Made by a program: the position numbers and the translations under genes | Shown: positions 18,954 to 29,300 of the stretch, in pieces | Numbering within the stretch: position 1 is the first letter of the stretch | Layout: each line of letters begins with the position of its first letter | Notes under the pieces: generated by a model | What the model saw: the letters and a program-made list of their open reading frames with translations, nothing else | Database searches by the model: none | Told to the model about the DNA's origin: nothing | Source: Eubacteriales bacterium | GTDB lineage: Bacteria > Bacillota > Clostridia > Oscillospirales > CAG-382 | Length of the DNA stretch: 64,000 nucleotides | Assembly: GCA_045536535.1 (NCBI GenBank) | Contig: JAZSNS010000017.1 | Coordinates: forward strand, 15,940 to 79,939 | Direction: 5' to 3'

Positions 18954-20660
18954 TTACATAGGCGAACCGTCTTTTGAACGGCGGATTTTGTTGGTCGTGG
19001 TTTTAACGAACGGAATATCGCGAATGATTACCGTTGTGACCTGTTTATAGGTCGGGAGCGATGCGAGCACCTTGAAAATGTCGCTTTTGAGTTTTGCTTG
19101 GAGTTCGTCACGGTTTGTCTTCTCGAGAACTTCGGGGTCGATAACGCATTGGACCGCAAGCGAATCTTCGGAACCGCTTTCGTCGCGGAGGCCGTAAACG
19201 ATGTTTTCAAGAACGTAGGGAATGCCGCCGATATAATCTTCGAGTTCCTCGGGATAGATGTTCTTGCCGTTGCCGGTGATGATGAGGTTCTTCTTTCTGC
19301 CGGTTATCATAAGGTTGTTTCGGGAGTCGATCCTGCCGTAGTCACCGGTGCGGAAATATCCGTCTTCGGTAAACACTTCTGCGGTCGCTTCCTCGTTATG
19401 GTAATAACCGAGCATTACAATATCACCCTTGACGAGAATTTCGCCGTCGCCGTCTTCGTTCGGGTTGTCGATCTTAACGTCGATGCATTCAAGCCACTTG
19501 CCGACGGTTTTGGGGTCGTTTTCAAAGTCGTCGTTGACCGAAACGAGCGGCGAACATTCGGTGATGCCGTAACCGTTGGTGACGATGATACCGATGTCAT
19601 CAAAGAAATCGGCGATCTCGGCGCGGAGAGGTGCCGCACCGCAAACGAGTTTGACAAGGTTTCCGCCGAGCGCTGCGTGAAGCTCTTTAAAGATCACGCG
19701 GCGTTTGTCAATGCCGATGGCACGGAGAAAACGCGAAAGCTTGATGGCGATTTTGATGGTTTTGGTCTTGCCCTTTTCTTCAATGCTCGCCTGCATTCTG
19801 CGGTAAAGAACTTCGATAAGAGCGGGAACGACGTACATATATTGGGGCTTGTAAAGCGCGAGGTTTTTAACGATGCGCTTCAAACTGTCGTTGATGCAAA
19901 GCGTCGCATGGCGGTGGATAGCAACGAGAATGCCGGCAACCGCTTCATAAGAATGGTGATAGGGAAGCACCGAAAGACCGACGTCGCGAATGGTCGCTCT
20001 GCGAAGTCCCCAGTAAACGAGCGAAACAAGGTTGTGCTCGGAAAGCATAACGCCCTTTGCAATACCTGTCGTGCCGGAGGTGTAAAGAAGCATCTTTAAC
20101 GCCTGCATATCGGCGGTCTTCATGTCGGCATAGGTGCGGTCGCCCTCTTCATAAAGTTTTTTGCCGTTTTCGAGCATTTTTCTGAACGAGAGGAACTCGC
20201 CTTCATCTTCGTCTCTGTCGAAACATACGAAATATTTAACGTTGGGCAAACTGTCGCGGATCTTCTTGAAGATCTCTTCGCGCTTGCCGTCGCAGAAAAC
20301 GATATCGTCTTCACCGCCGACAATAACGTTGATAATGTCACTTTCGGGAAGTTCCTTGTCGATCGGGCAGAAAACGCCGTCTCCTTGGAGTGCGGTGAGA
20401 TAGGTAAGTATCCAGTTGTAACTGTTTTCGGCGATACATGCGATATGACCGCTTGCCATGCCGATGCTGGCAAGGCCTGTGCCGAGCCATGAGGTTTCGT
20501 CTTTGAATTCCTTAAAGGTTACTTCGCGAATTCCGGCGCTTGTGCGGTATTTATATGCGATCTTGTCGCCGGCCTCATCAACCGCGATCTGCATCAAATT
20601 TTTGATACTGTTCGGACGGGTGAGATTGGGAATATGTTCACCGAGAACGTTTTTTGCCAT
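18954..20660 (-). CDS. AMP-dependent synthetase/ligase (long-chain-fatty-acid--CoA ligase-like)
   Basis: 568 aa with the AMP-binding motif LLYTSGTTGIAKGVMLSH-like (LLYTSGTTGIAKGVMLSEHN), GYGITE, FRTGDYG, GRKKNLI. Confidence 0.88.
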   Translation of the reverse strand: MAKNVLGEHIPNLTRPNSIKNLMQIAVDEAGDKIAYKYRTSAGIREVTFKEFKDETSWLGTGLASIGMASGHIACIAENSYNWILTYLTALQGDGVFCPIDKELPESDIINVIVGGEDDIVFCDGKREEIFKKIRDSLPNVKYFVCFDRDEDEGEFLSFRKMLENGKKLYEEGDRTYADMKTADMQALKMLLYTSGTTGIAKGVMLSEHNLVSLVYWGLRRATIRDVGLSVLPYHHSYEAVAGILVAIHRHATLCINDSLKRIVKNLALYKPQYMYVVPALIEVLYRRMQASIEEKGKTKTIKIAIKLSRFLRAIGIDKRRVIFKELHAALGGNLVKLVCGAAPLRAEIADFFDDIGIIVTNGYGITECSPLVSVNDDFENDPKTVGKWLECIDVKIDNPNEDGDGEILVKGDIVMLGYYHNEEATAEVFTEDGYFRTGDYGRIDSRNNLMITGRKKNLIITGNGKNIYPEELEDYIGGIPYVLENIVYGLRDESGSEDSLAVQCVIDPEVLEKTNRDELQAKLKSDIFKVLASLPTYKQVTTVIIRDIPFVKTTTNKIRRSKDGSPM

Positions 20661-20852
20661 TGTCTGAATTTCTCCTTATAAACAACGTTTTGTTTTTCTT
20701 GAACATTATACATAGTTTTCAAAACCATGTCAATAGATTTTGAAAATTATTTCCTGCGTTTGAAATGCTTTTTCTTCTTGTCTTTGTGTTGACATTTGGC
20801 GTTTCAGATGGTATATTTTTGTTTGTAGACTTTAAAAAAGAGGGAATCGAGA

Positions 20853-21398
20853 ATGAATGCAGGCAAAAAATCGCTTTTGAACATTCATCTTCCGCGCTGG
20901 GAAGAATTTCCTGCGTTTGAATTATATATTGATCAGGTTATTTCTTTCGTCAGCGAGAGCCTTGCCGAATTTTCTTTCGGCGACGAGCCGATCATCACGG
21001 CTTCGATGATAAATAACTATGTTAAAAACGGTGTGCTTCATGCGCCCGTCAAGAAAAAGTATAACCGCGAACATCTCGCGAAACTTGTCGTTATCTGCAT
21101 TGGGAAACGAATGCTTCCGCTTTCGCACATTTCCGATTCGATCGCGCTTATGACTCGCGTTTTCGAGATTTCCGAGGGTTATGACGTTTTTTGCGACGAG
21201 GTAGAATATGAAATAAAAAGCACCGTTGCGTCTGAGGATTTTCCGCCCCGCGCGATTTCGGATGCCGATTCGAGCAGAGTTGCAACAATGCGCACCCTCG
21301 CTTCCGCCGTTGCAAAGGTGCTCGTTTTCGATAGGTTTATCGAACAAAGGCGCCGTCTGAGCTTAACGGTCGCCGGAATGATGAAGAACGATAAATGA
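20853..21398 (+). CDS. DUF1836-like protein
   Basis: 181 aa. LPRWEEFPAFELYIDQVISFV...ITASMINNYVKNGVL..P.KKKY.REHLAKL fits my recollection of DUF1836. A TTGACA-17-TATATT promoter lies upstream (about 20790-20818). Confidence 0.65.
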   Translation: MNAGKKSLLNIHLPRWEEFPAFELYIDQVISFVSESLAEFSFGDEPIITASMINNYVKNGVLHAPVKKKYNREHLAKLVVICIGKRMLPLSHISDSIALMTRVFEISEGYDVFCDEVEYEIKSTVASEDFPPRAISDADSSRVATMRTLASAVAKVLVFDRFIEQRRRLSLTVAGMMKNDK

Positions 21399-21404
21399 TT
21401 TTTA

Positions 21405-21440
21405 AAGATTTTCCGTTTCGGCGGAAAATCTTCTTTGTTG
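21405..21440 (+). terminator. Intrinsic terminator after the DUF1836 gene
   Basis: aagattttccg-tttcgg-cggaaaatctt followed by ctttgtt. Confidence 0.65.
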
Positions 21441-21656
21441 TAATGCAGTCCGTCCTTTCCTCATGATCCGCGATGAGAAGGAACGGATAACGAAACAGTC
21501 GCAGGTCATGTTGAAAAAACCGCCCCTCCAAACAGATTTTTGCCGGGAATGGCATATCTGCCCGAAAATGCTTGCGTTTTCGGAGACCGATTAAAACCCT
21601 CCTTTGTAAATTATCAATAAAATCGTTTAAAATCCGTTGATGGCGGCAAAAAACTA

Positions 21657-21700
21657 TTGACAAACCGATTCAAATGCATAGAATAGTTAGTGTGCTAACT
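21657..21700 (+). promoter_or_regulatory. Sigma-A-type promoter plus inverted repeat (candidate MarR operator)
   Basis: TTGACA (21657-21662), 16-nt spacer, TAGAAT (21679-21684), immediately followed by the inverted repeat AGTTAG-tgtg-CTAACT (21685-21700). Confidence 0.5.
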
Positions 21701-21720
21701 GTTAGGAGGCTAATATATTT

Positions 21721-22203
21721 ATGGATAGGAAAGAAACGATCGGGTTCAGGATCAGAACACTGTCGGTCGCGATAAAACGCGCCGTTGACGTTTGCAAATC
21801 GCGGAGCGAAAACAAACGTTACACAGGAACTCACGGCTGGGTCATCGGTTATCTTTATGAACACCGCGACCGCGATGTGTTTCAGCGCGACATCGAAAAG
21901 CATTTTTCGGTTCGCCGACCGACCATGACGGCGATATTGCAGCTCATGGAAAAGAACGGTCTTGTTGAAAGAGTTCGTTTTGACGGGGACGCAAGGCTTA
22001 AAAAAATAAAACTGACGCCCCTTGCTCTTGAAATTAACGAAAAGCATGAAACCGGCATAGAAAATTTTGAAGAATATATTCGCGACGGCATTACCGACGA
22101 AGAACTTAAAGTTTTTTTCAGAGTTATGGATAAAATAGGTGAAAATGTCGACCGCGCGGAAAAGGAACTCGCATTCAACCCCAAGGAGGAAACAAATGCT
22201 TAA
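21721..22203 (+). CDS. MarR-family transcriptional regulator
   Basis: 160 aa with a winged-HTH core (DIEKHFSVRRPTMTAILQLMEKNGLVERV.FDGDARLKKI.LT). Its stop overlaps the start of the next gene. Confidence 0.9.
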   Translation: MDRKETIGFRIRTLSVAIKRAVDVCKSRSENKRYTGTHGWVIGYLYEHRDRDVFQRDIEKHFSVRRPTMTAILQLMEKNGLVERVRFDGDARLKKIKLTPLALEINEKHETGIENFEEYIRDGITDEELKVFFRVMDKIGENVDRAEKELAFNPKEETNA

Positions 22204-23941
22204 AAAACTCGCAAAAAGCATAAAAGGTTTTTGGAAATCCACCATTCTTTCGCCTTTTCTTATCATGGGCGAAGTTCTTATGGAGGTCATAATCCCGACG
22301 CTTCTCGCTTTGCTTATCGATAACGGTATCAACGGCAACAGCGGAAACGGAGATTTCAATTATGTTTTAAAAATGGGCGGCGCAATAGCTGTTTGCTGCC
22401 TTATATCGCTGTTGTTCGGTGCGGCGGCGGGACGTTATGCCGCGATCGCATCGACAGGGTTCGCACGTAATTTAAGGCGCGATCTTTTTGAGCGGATCCA
22501 GCACTTTTCATTCAAAAACATCGACAGATTTTCATCGTCAAGCCTTGTAACGCGCATGACGACCGACGTTATCCGTCTTCAAGATGCGTTTCATATGATA
22601 ATCCGCACGGCGGTGAGAAGCCCCGCAATGATAGTTTTCTCGCTCGTCATGGCGTTCCGTATGAATCCGCGCCTTTCGCTCATCTTCCTCGGGGCGGTGC
22701 CTGTGCTTGTGTGCGGACTCGGGTTGATAATGAGCAAAGCGCACCCGATCTTCAAAAGAATGTTCAAAAAATATGACAAATTGAACCGTGTTGTTCAGGA
22801 AAACCTGCGCGGTATCAGGGTTGTCAAAGCGTTCGTGCGCGAGGACGAGGAGATCAAGAAGTTCAATAACGTCTCCGATGAGATTTCAAACGATTCTATC
22901 CGCGCCGAAAAGATACTTTCTTTTAACATGCCTCTCATGCAGATGACGGTTTACACCTGCACGCTCCTCCTCTGTTGGCTCGGTGCAAGAATCATCATAC
23001 TTTCGGGCGGAAGCGAGATGTCGACGGGCGACCTTACCGCGCTTCTTAATTACACGATGCAGATTTTGATGAGTTTGATGATGCTCTCGATGATTTTCAT
23101 CACGATCGTCATGTCGCGCGCATCGGCAGAGCGCGTTTGCGAGGTGCTTGATGAAGAAAGCACGATCAGAAACCCCGAAAACCCGAAAACCGATGTTCCC
23201 GACGGAAGCATTGAGTTCAGAAACGTTGATTTTTCCTATCACGAGGGCAAATTTGTTCTCAAAAACGTCAATTTCAAAATCGAATCCGGCGAAACGATCG
23301 GTATAATCGGCGGCACGGGCAGTTCGAAATCGACTCTTGTTCAGCTTATTCCGCGTCTTTATGACGTTGTCGGAGGAAGCGTTATCGTCGGCAACGAAGA
23401 CGTCAGGAATTACGACATAAATTCGCTTCGCGATGCCGTTTCGATGGTGTTGCAGAAAAACGTGCTGTTTTCGGGCACTATCAAGGAAAACCTCCGTTGG
23501 GGCAACGAAAATGCGACCGATGAAGAAATGCGCGCCGCTTGCATCGCCGCTTGCGCCGATGAATTCATTCAGACCTTCCCCGACGGATATGATACATTCA
23601 TCGAACAGGGCGGTACAAACGTTTCGGGCGGCCAGAAGCAAAGGCTTTGTATCGCACGCGCGCTGCTCAAAAAACCGAAGATACTTATTATGGACGACTC
23701 CACGTCCGCTGTCGACACAAAAACCGATGCGATGCTCCGCGCAACGATGAAGGAACAGATCCCCGGAACGACGAAGCTCATCATCGCGCAAAGGATCTCG
23801 TCTGTTCAGGATTGCGACAGGATCATCGTTATCGACAACGGCGAGATAAACGGAATCGGCACACACGACGAGTTGCTTGAAACCAACGTTATCTACCGCG
23901 AAGTTTATGAATCACAGATGAAAGGAGATGACAAAGAATGA
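22196..23941 (+). CDS. ABC multidrug-type exporter subunit (TMD-NBD)
   Basis: ATG 22196 with AAGGAGG RBS. Walker A GGTGSSKST, VSGGQKQR, ILIMDDSTSAVD. Its stop overlaps the next gene by 4 nt. Confidence 0.92.
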   Translation: MLKKLAKSIKGFWKSTILSPFLIMGEVLMEVIIPTLLALLIDNGINGNSGNGDFNYVLKMGGAIAVCCLISLLFGAAAGRYAAIASTGFARNLRRDLFERIQHFSFKNIDRFSSSSLVTRMTTDVIRLQDAFHMIIRTAVRSPAMIVFSLVMAFRMNPRLSLIFLGAVPVLVCGLGLIMSKAHPIFKRMFKKYDKLNRVVQENLRGIRVVKAFVREDEEIKKFNNVSDEISNDSIRAEKILSFNMPLMQMTVYTCTLLLCWLGARIIILSGGSEMSTGDLTALLNYTMQILMSLMMLSMIFITIVMSRASAERVCEVLDEESTIRNPENPKTDVPDGSIEFRNVDFSYHEGKFVLKNVNFKIESGETIGIIGGTGSSKSTLVQLIPRLYDVVGGSVIVGNEDVRNYDINSLRDAVSMVLQKNVLFSGTIKENLRWGNENATDEEMRAACIAACADEFIQTFPDGYDTFIEQGGTNVSGGQKQRLCIARALLKKPKILIMDDSTSAVDTKTDAMLRATMKEQIPGTTKLIIAQRISSVQDCDRIIVIDNGEINGIGTHDELLETNVIYREVYESQMKGDDKE

Positions 23942-25854
23942 GCCAGGAAGAACGTCAGGCTCCTCCGATGCGCCCCGCGAGAGGGGTTCATATCCCCGGT
24001 CAAAAGGCGGACATGAAAACCGTAAAACGAGTGCTTTCCTACCTTTTGAAATATAAATGGCATCTGTTTTTTGTCGTACTCTGCATCATCGGCAGTGCGC
24101 TCGCAGGTGTTTATGGTTCAAAATTTCTCGAAACTCTCGTCGACGGATATATCGAACCGCTTTTGCTCGAAAACAATCCCGACATGTCGGGGCTTCTCCG
24201 CGAAATCATCATCGTCGGCGTTGTTTACGTTTTGGGCGCTCTTTGCACCTTCACTTATAACCGTTTGATGGTAACGGTCTCTCAATCGGTGCTTAAAAAC
24301 ATCAGAGATACAATGTTTGCAAAAATGCAAACGCTTCCGATAAAATATTTTGACACCCATTCGTTCGGTGATACGATGAGCCGTTACACCAACGATACCG
24401 ACACTCTGCGAATGATGATTTCGCAAAGTATACCTCATGTTTTCAGCTCGCTTTGTACCGTCGTTTCGGTTTTCTTTGCGATGCTGTTCACCAACGTCTG
24501 GCTCACGATTTTCGTTGTGATCACCGCGCTTCTCATGATGCTCGTGGTGAAGATGATCGGCGGAAAAAGCGGAAGCTTTTTCGTCAAACAGCAGGCATCT
24601 GTCGGTAAAGTCAACGGCTTTATCGAGGAGATGATCAACGGCCAAAAGGTCGTTCAGGTCTTCTGCCGCGAGGAAAAGACGAAAGAGGAATTCAACGCGC
24701 TGAACGACGAACTTTGCAATAATGCAAAAAGCGCGAATATATTCGCCAACATTTTGGGCCCCGTTATGAATAACCTCAGCCATCTGCAATATATCCTCAT
24801 CGCAATGCTGGGCGGAATTCTCGTTATCTTCACCGACACCCTCACCGCAGGCGGCGTTATCGCGTTCTTGCAACTTTCAAAAAGCTTCACAAACCCGATA
24901 AATCAGGTTTCGCAGCAGATAAACGCGATCGTCATGGCGCTCGCGGGTGCAAAACGTATTTTTGAGCTCATGGACGAAGCTCCCGAGGCCGATGATGGAT
25001 ATGTCACCCTTGTCAATGCAAAATATGACGAGTCGGGCGAGCTTTGTGAAACCGATGAGCGAACCGGCCTTTGGGCGTGGAAACATCCTCATGGCGACGG
25101 AACTCTCACATATACCGAACTCAAAGGCGACGTTCGTATGGTCGAGGTTGATTTCGGATACGTTCCCGAAAAAACGGTTCTTCATGACGTCACGCTTTAT
25201 GCCGAACCGGGCCAGAAAGTCGCTTTTGTCGGCGCAACCGGCGCAGGAAAAACAACGATAACCAACCTTATCAACCGATTTTATGATATTGCCGACGGAA
25301 AGATCCGTTATGACGGCATCAATATCAACAAAATCAAAAAGGCAGATCTTCGCCGTTCGCTCGGCATGGTTTTGCAGGATACTCACCTTTTCACCGGCAC
25401 GGTTATGGAAAATATCCGCTACGGCAGGCTTGATGCGACCGATGAGGAATGTATTGCCGCCGCAAAATTGGCGAACGCCGACGGATTCATCTCGCTTCTG
25501 CCCGAGGGGTACAACACTCTTCTTTCGGGCGACGGTTCGGGGCTTTCTCAGGGACAGCGTCAGCTTCTTGCGATTGCGCGCGCGGCGGTTGCCGATCCGC
25601 CTGTTATGATTCTCGACGAGGCGACCTCGAGCATCGATACCAGAACCGAGTCGATCGTTCAAAAAGGCATGGACAGCCTGATGCACGGCAGAACCGTTTT
25701 CGTTATCGCGCATCGACTTTCAACGGTCCGAAACTCCGATGTTATCATGGTGCTTTCCGACGGCAGAATTATCGAGCGCGGAAACCATGAGAAACTTATC
25801 GCCGAAAAAGGTCAGTATTACCGACTTTACACCGGCGCGTTTGAACTTGAATAA
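23938..25854 (+). CDS. ABC multidrug-type exporter subunit (TMD-NBD), heterodimer partner
   Basis: 638 aa. Walker [30 protein letters not shown]. Confidence 0.92.
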   Translation: MSQEERQAPPMRPARGVHIPGQKADMKTVKRVLSYLLKYKWHLFFVVLCIIGSALAGVYGSKFLETLVDGYIEPLLLENNPDMSGLLREIIIVGVVYVLGALCTFTYNRLMVTVSQSVLKNIRDTMFAKMQTLPIKYFDTHSFGDTMSRYTNDTDTLRMMISQSIPHVFSSLCTVVSVFFAMLFTNVWLTIFVVITALLMMLVVKMIGGKSGSFFVKQQASVGKVNGFIEEMINGQKVVQVFCREEKTKEEFNALNDELCNNAKSANIFANILGPVMNNLSHLQYILIAMLGGILVIFTDTLTAGGVIAFLQLSKSFTNPINQVSQQINAIVMALAGAKRIFELMDEAPEADDGYVTLVNAKYDESGELCETDERTGLWAWKHPHGDGTLTYTELKGDVRMVEVDFGYVPEKTVLHDVTLYAEPGQKVAFVGATGAGKTTITNLINRFYDIADGKIRYDGININKIKKADLRRSLGMVLQDTHLFTGTVMENIRYGRLDATDEECIAAAKLANADGFISLLPEGYNTLLSGDGSGLSQGQRQLLAIARAAVADPPVMILDEATSSIDTRTESIVQKGMDSLMHGRTVFVIAHRLSTVRNSDVIMVLSDGRIIERGNHEKLIAEKGQYYRLYTGAFELE

Positions 25855-25858
25855 AGAT

Positions 25859-25897
25859 AGGCTTTTCCGCATTTTCGCGGAAAAGCCTTCCTTTTTA
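25859..25897 (+). terminator. Intrinsic terminator after the MarR-ABC-ABC operon
   Basis: aggcttttccgc-attttc-gcggaaaagcct followed by tcctttttat. Confidence 0.75.
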
Positions 25898-26154
25898 TAT
25901 TATATATAACAGATATAAAAATTCCGGCATCAAAGGCATGGTTGAAGAAAATGCGAAAAACGCATCGGATACGTTCCTTCTCTGCCCGCCGAAAATGAAT
26001 AATTTGTAAATAAATCGGGCGTTTTTCGAGATCAACTCACAACAAATTGTGCCTAACCTCCGAAAAAGCCGTAAAAACCGCAAAATATCGTTAAAAGGAT
26101 CAAAAAACAAGCGGTTTTTGGTTAATTATGTAAAACAAAATCGGCAAATATGCC

Positions 26155-26183
26155 TTGACAATCAAAAACTATTGTTGTATACT
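26155..26183 (+). promoter_or_regulatory. Near-consensus sigma-A promoter of the giant gene
   Basis: TTGACA (26155-26160), 17-nt spacer, TATACT (26178-26183). This leaves a leader of about 110 nt before GTG 26302. Confidence 0.55.
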
Positions 26184-26301
26184 CAATTAGTAAAATTATT
26201 TTATTATGCCGAAATATCCCCTTTTGCCAAAAAGGGCGGCTTTATAATAAATTATATCTTACGAAAAAAAGTATCTTACATAAAAGAAGGAGCAAAAAAC
26301 A

Positions 26302-29300
26302 GTGAAAAGAACACTTGCTTTAATTCTCACGGTGCTTATGGTGTTGACTCTGATACCTGCATCGTTGCTCAACGTTCTGGCTCGCGGTCCCGGTGTTGCG
26401 GCAAACAAAACGCCCAACCAAACGATCCCGAACGCCGAAGGGCAATTTATCCCCGAAACCGTTCTCGTTGATGGTATAATCAACGACACGGCATGGCCTG
26501 AGGAAGATTGGAACGATGTCACTTCCGAAACAGGTACATGGGACGTTCAGTATCCTGATGATGCGAACCTCTCCAAAAATTTCAAATATCAGCTCAAAGT
26601 TGATTCCTATTATCTTTACGGCGCGGTAGTTATGAACTCGGCGCCTACTGGTGATGTTACTCTTTGGATCAACGACGGAAGTTTGAGCGGTACTTATACC
26701 GACAAGTTTGTCATCGATTTTTCTGCCGGAACCGTCAAGCGTTTTGACAGAGACGGCAACGAAATCAATTCGTACTTGGCTCAGTATGGCGTTGAGTATG
26801 CTTACGAAACGTTTGAATACAAGTTCGACGATGAAAAAACCCTCGTTGAATTCAGAAGCCACCGTGCCGATTTCAGCACTGCAAAAGAAGCAACTTTCAG
26901 TTACTTCATCTCTGCTGAATTCGAAGAAGGCGAATCGCTCTATCACCCTGCTATCGCTGTCAACGGTCTTACCGGCGACGCTCGCGATCAGTTGTTCCCT
27001 TCTCTTAATTATTGGCCTGCCGGTGCTCAGCAGGTAACTTCGGCCGACGTCAACGGTTACGGCGCTCTTTCGCTTGCTGAAAACACCTATATCGACATCG
27101 ACGGCCGACTTGATGAAGCTATTTGGGCGGCCCAGACCGAATTTTACCTCAAATGGTATGACAGATTGGCGCTTCCTTCCTGGACCGATAACCTCCAGGG
27201 TGGTGCTGCCGGCGGCAACTCTGATGCGAGCGGCAACTATAAAGATTTTGCAGACGTTTCTGCAAACGTTTTGCCTTACAATGACAACGCCGCCGCTAAA
27301 TTCGACCTTTATGTTACCAACGGTTATATTTACGGCGCAGCGTTGGTTCACGATGATTCTCATCAAGGTCTCAGCTCCACAAGTTCCACCGAAAATACCG
27401 GTGTTAGATTCTATATGACTCAGGCCGTTGATGGCGGCACCAAAGTTGTTCAGGTTGACCTCAGATATGCTGCGACCAGCACGGTTAACGATTACGGTAG
27501 GTTCACGATCAACGGTGTTGCACAGAACCCTGATACTTTGGGTATCTCCGACGGATATGTTTCGGATGGCTATTTCGATATCGGTTACTTGGGTAACTAT
27601 GAATATGACGATAGCTATGGCAGATATTACCCTGTCGGCACAACACACTCCGCCACCACCGGATATCCCACTCTCGGCTTCACCTATTCTCACAGACCTG
27701 CAGGTCCTAACCTCTACGTTTTCGAGTTCATGATCGACAGAAACGCTTGGGGCGATGATTTTGCAAGCTTTATTCCCGAAAAATACAATTTCGCTGCTTT
27801 CAGTGAACTTTCTGATACGTTCGATGAAGTAACCGGCACTTCCGGCGAAACTTACAAAAATGCTACCTCCGAGTACCCAGAACTCGCAGGCGGAATTCTT
27901 CCCCGTTACTTCAAAAACCCCAACGGCGAATTCTATGAACCCTATACAAAGTTCACCCCCGATGCAACTTTGGGCGAACGTTTCTGGCCCGGCATGGTTT
28001 CTTCCGCTGACGTTGCGGTAAACAGCAACTATTACGGATCGAGCAACCGTGTTAACGACAAAGAAGGCAATATCAGTTATTATCCTCTCATTCGCGGCGA
28101 CTTGAACTATCTTTACGGTTCTGTCGTTATTGAAACGAGCGACTTGTTTGGCGAATGGAAAGCCGGCTCGGCAAACGGCCCCGACGGCGGCGACGTTTTT
28201 GAACTCTGGCTTGCAGAAAATTCGGCTTATTCCAACGGCGTCTATGACGGCACAACTCACAGATATGGCGTTTGGATGGACGAAAACGGAAATGCTCACG
28301 CAGGTTACTATTCCGGCGGCGCTTACCACGACGGCGGCGATGCATGGAAAGCCGTTATCAAAAAGTATGAAGATTCCGTGATCAAAAAGCCGGTCTATGA
28401 AAACTTCGGTTACGGCGAAGAAACCGGCGGTTATGACGAAGCATATATCGAAGAGGTTAACGATTACTACGTTATCGAGTTCCGCATTCCGTTGGACGCA
28501 ATCGGAGACGGCATTACCCTCGATATCAACGACGGCCATTTCAACAACGAAAACGTTTTGTCCGATTCGGATTACCCCATCGCATATTATTACACTTCGT
28601 TGCACGTAGCTCCCGCAGATGATGAAACCGAAAACACCGAAGGTTTCACCATGTTCTATCCCAGATCCGCAAACACTGTTTCTTCTCATACTATTGATAC
28701 TATCACCAGCGAAGCTATTAATTATAACTTCCCTCAGATCTTCAACGAACATGACGTTTTCTTCGCGATCACCGTCGACGGCAAGATCATCGAAGAACAG
28801 CGTGTTCCTTTGGAATCCAGTAAGATCGACTTCTCGAATTCCGAATATCGCGTTCCCAGCCAAAACGGTAACATCCTCGGTTACAATGCAATGCTTCTTA
28901 CCGGCTCGGAATACACATTGTTCGGTGCGACCATTGACGGCGTATTGAAGCGCGGCGCTTACAGCGATTCCAATAAAACAATGGTAACCCTTTGGATAAG
29001 GGATAACGACGCTAACCAGACTATTTACAAATACGATTTCTTCAATGACGGAGAATATAACTATTTGTATGTGAACGGAACCCAATATGCCGGTTTAGGT
29101 GCATGGTCGTTCTCGTCTGCTAACAACGAAACCTATTTCGAAGCAGGTATTCTCACCGAAAATTTCGATGCAGCAAAAGACGGCTTTGAATATTTCATCG
29201 AAGTAACGCAGGTTATCGGCGACGAAGAATTGAGCCGTGTAACCCCGAAGATCAAACTTCCCGTTATTGAAAATTACGCAGAATATTTCGTTCCCCAAGG

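Noticed and set aside
21449-21487. A long imperfect hairpin (tccgtcctttcctcat..atgagaaggaacgga) in the 320-bp spacer upstream of marR.
   Set aside because: Only about 14 interrupted base pairs form, there is no flanking U-run, no second copy exists in the window, and it resembles no motif I know. The evidence is too weak to call a feature.
25895-26471. Small ORFs (71 aa on the minus strand, 140 aa on the plus strand) in the 447-bp AT-rich region upstream of the giant gene.
   Set aside because: They have no RBS, overlap the promoter or the start of the giant gene, and have biased low-complexity translations. The region is better explained as promoter plus leader.
26320-29085. A 921-aa ORF on the minus strand, antisense to the giant gene. 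Similar long antisense ORFs occur at 2964-4103, 11523-13121, 19098-20099, 29095-30756, 36362-37939, 41566-43113, 46625-47695, 51934-53154, 54086-55267 and 60942-62153.
   Set aside because: Each lies entirely opposite a gene with strong motif-level support. None has a plausible RBS. The translations are low-complexity (rich in R/F/V/N/G) with no recognisable motifs. Long stop-free antisense frames are expected at this GC content and codon bias.
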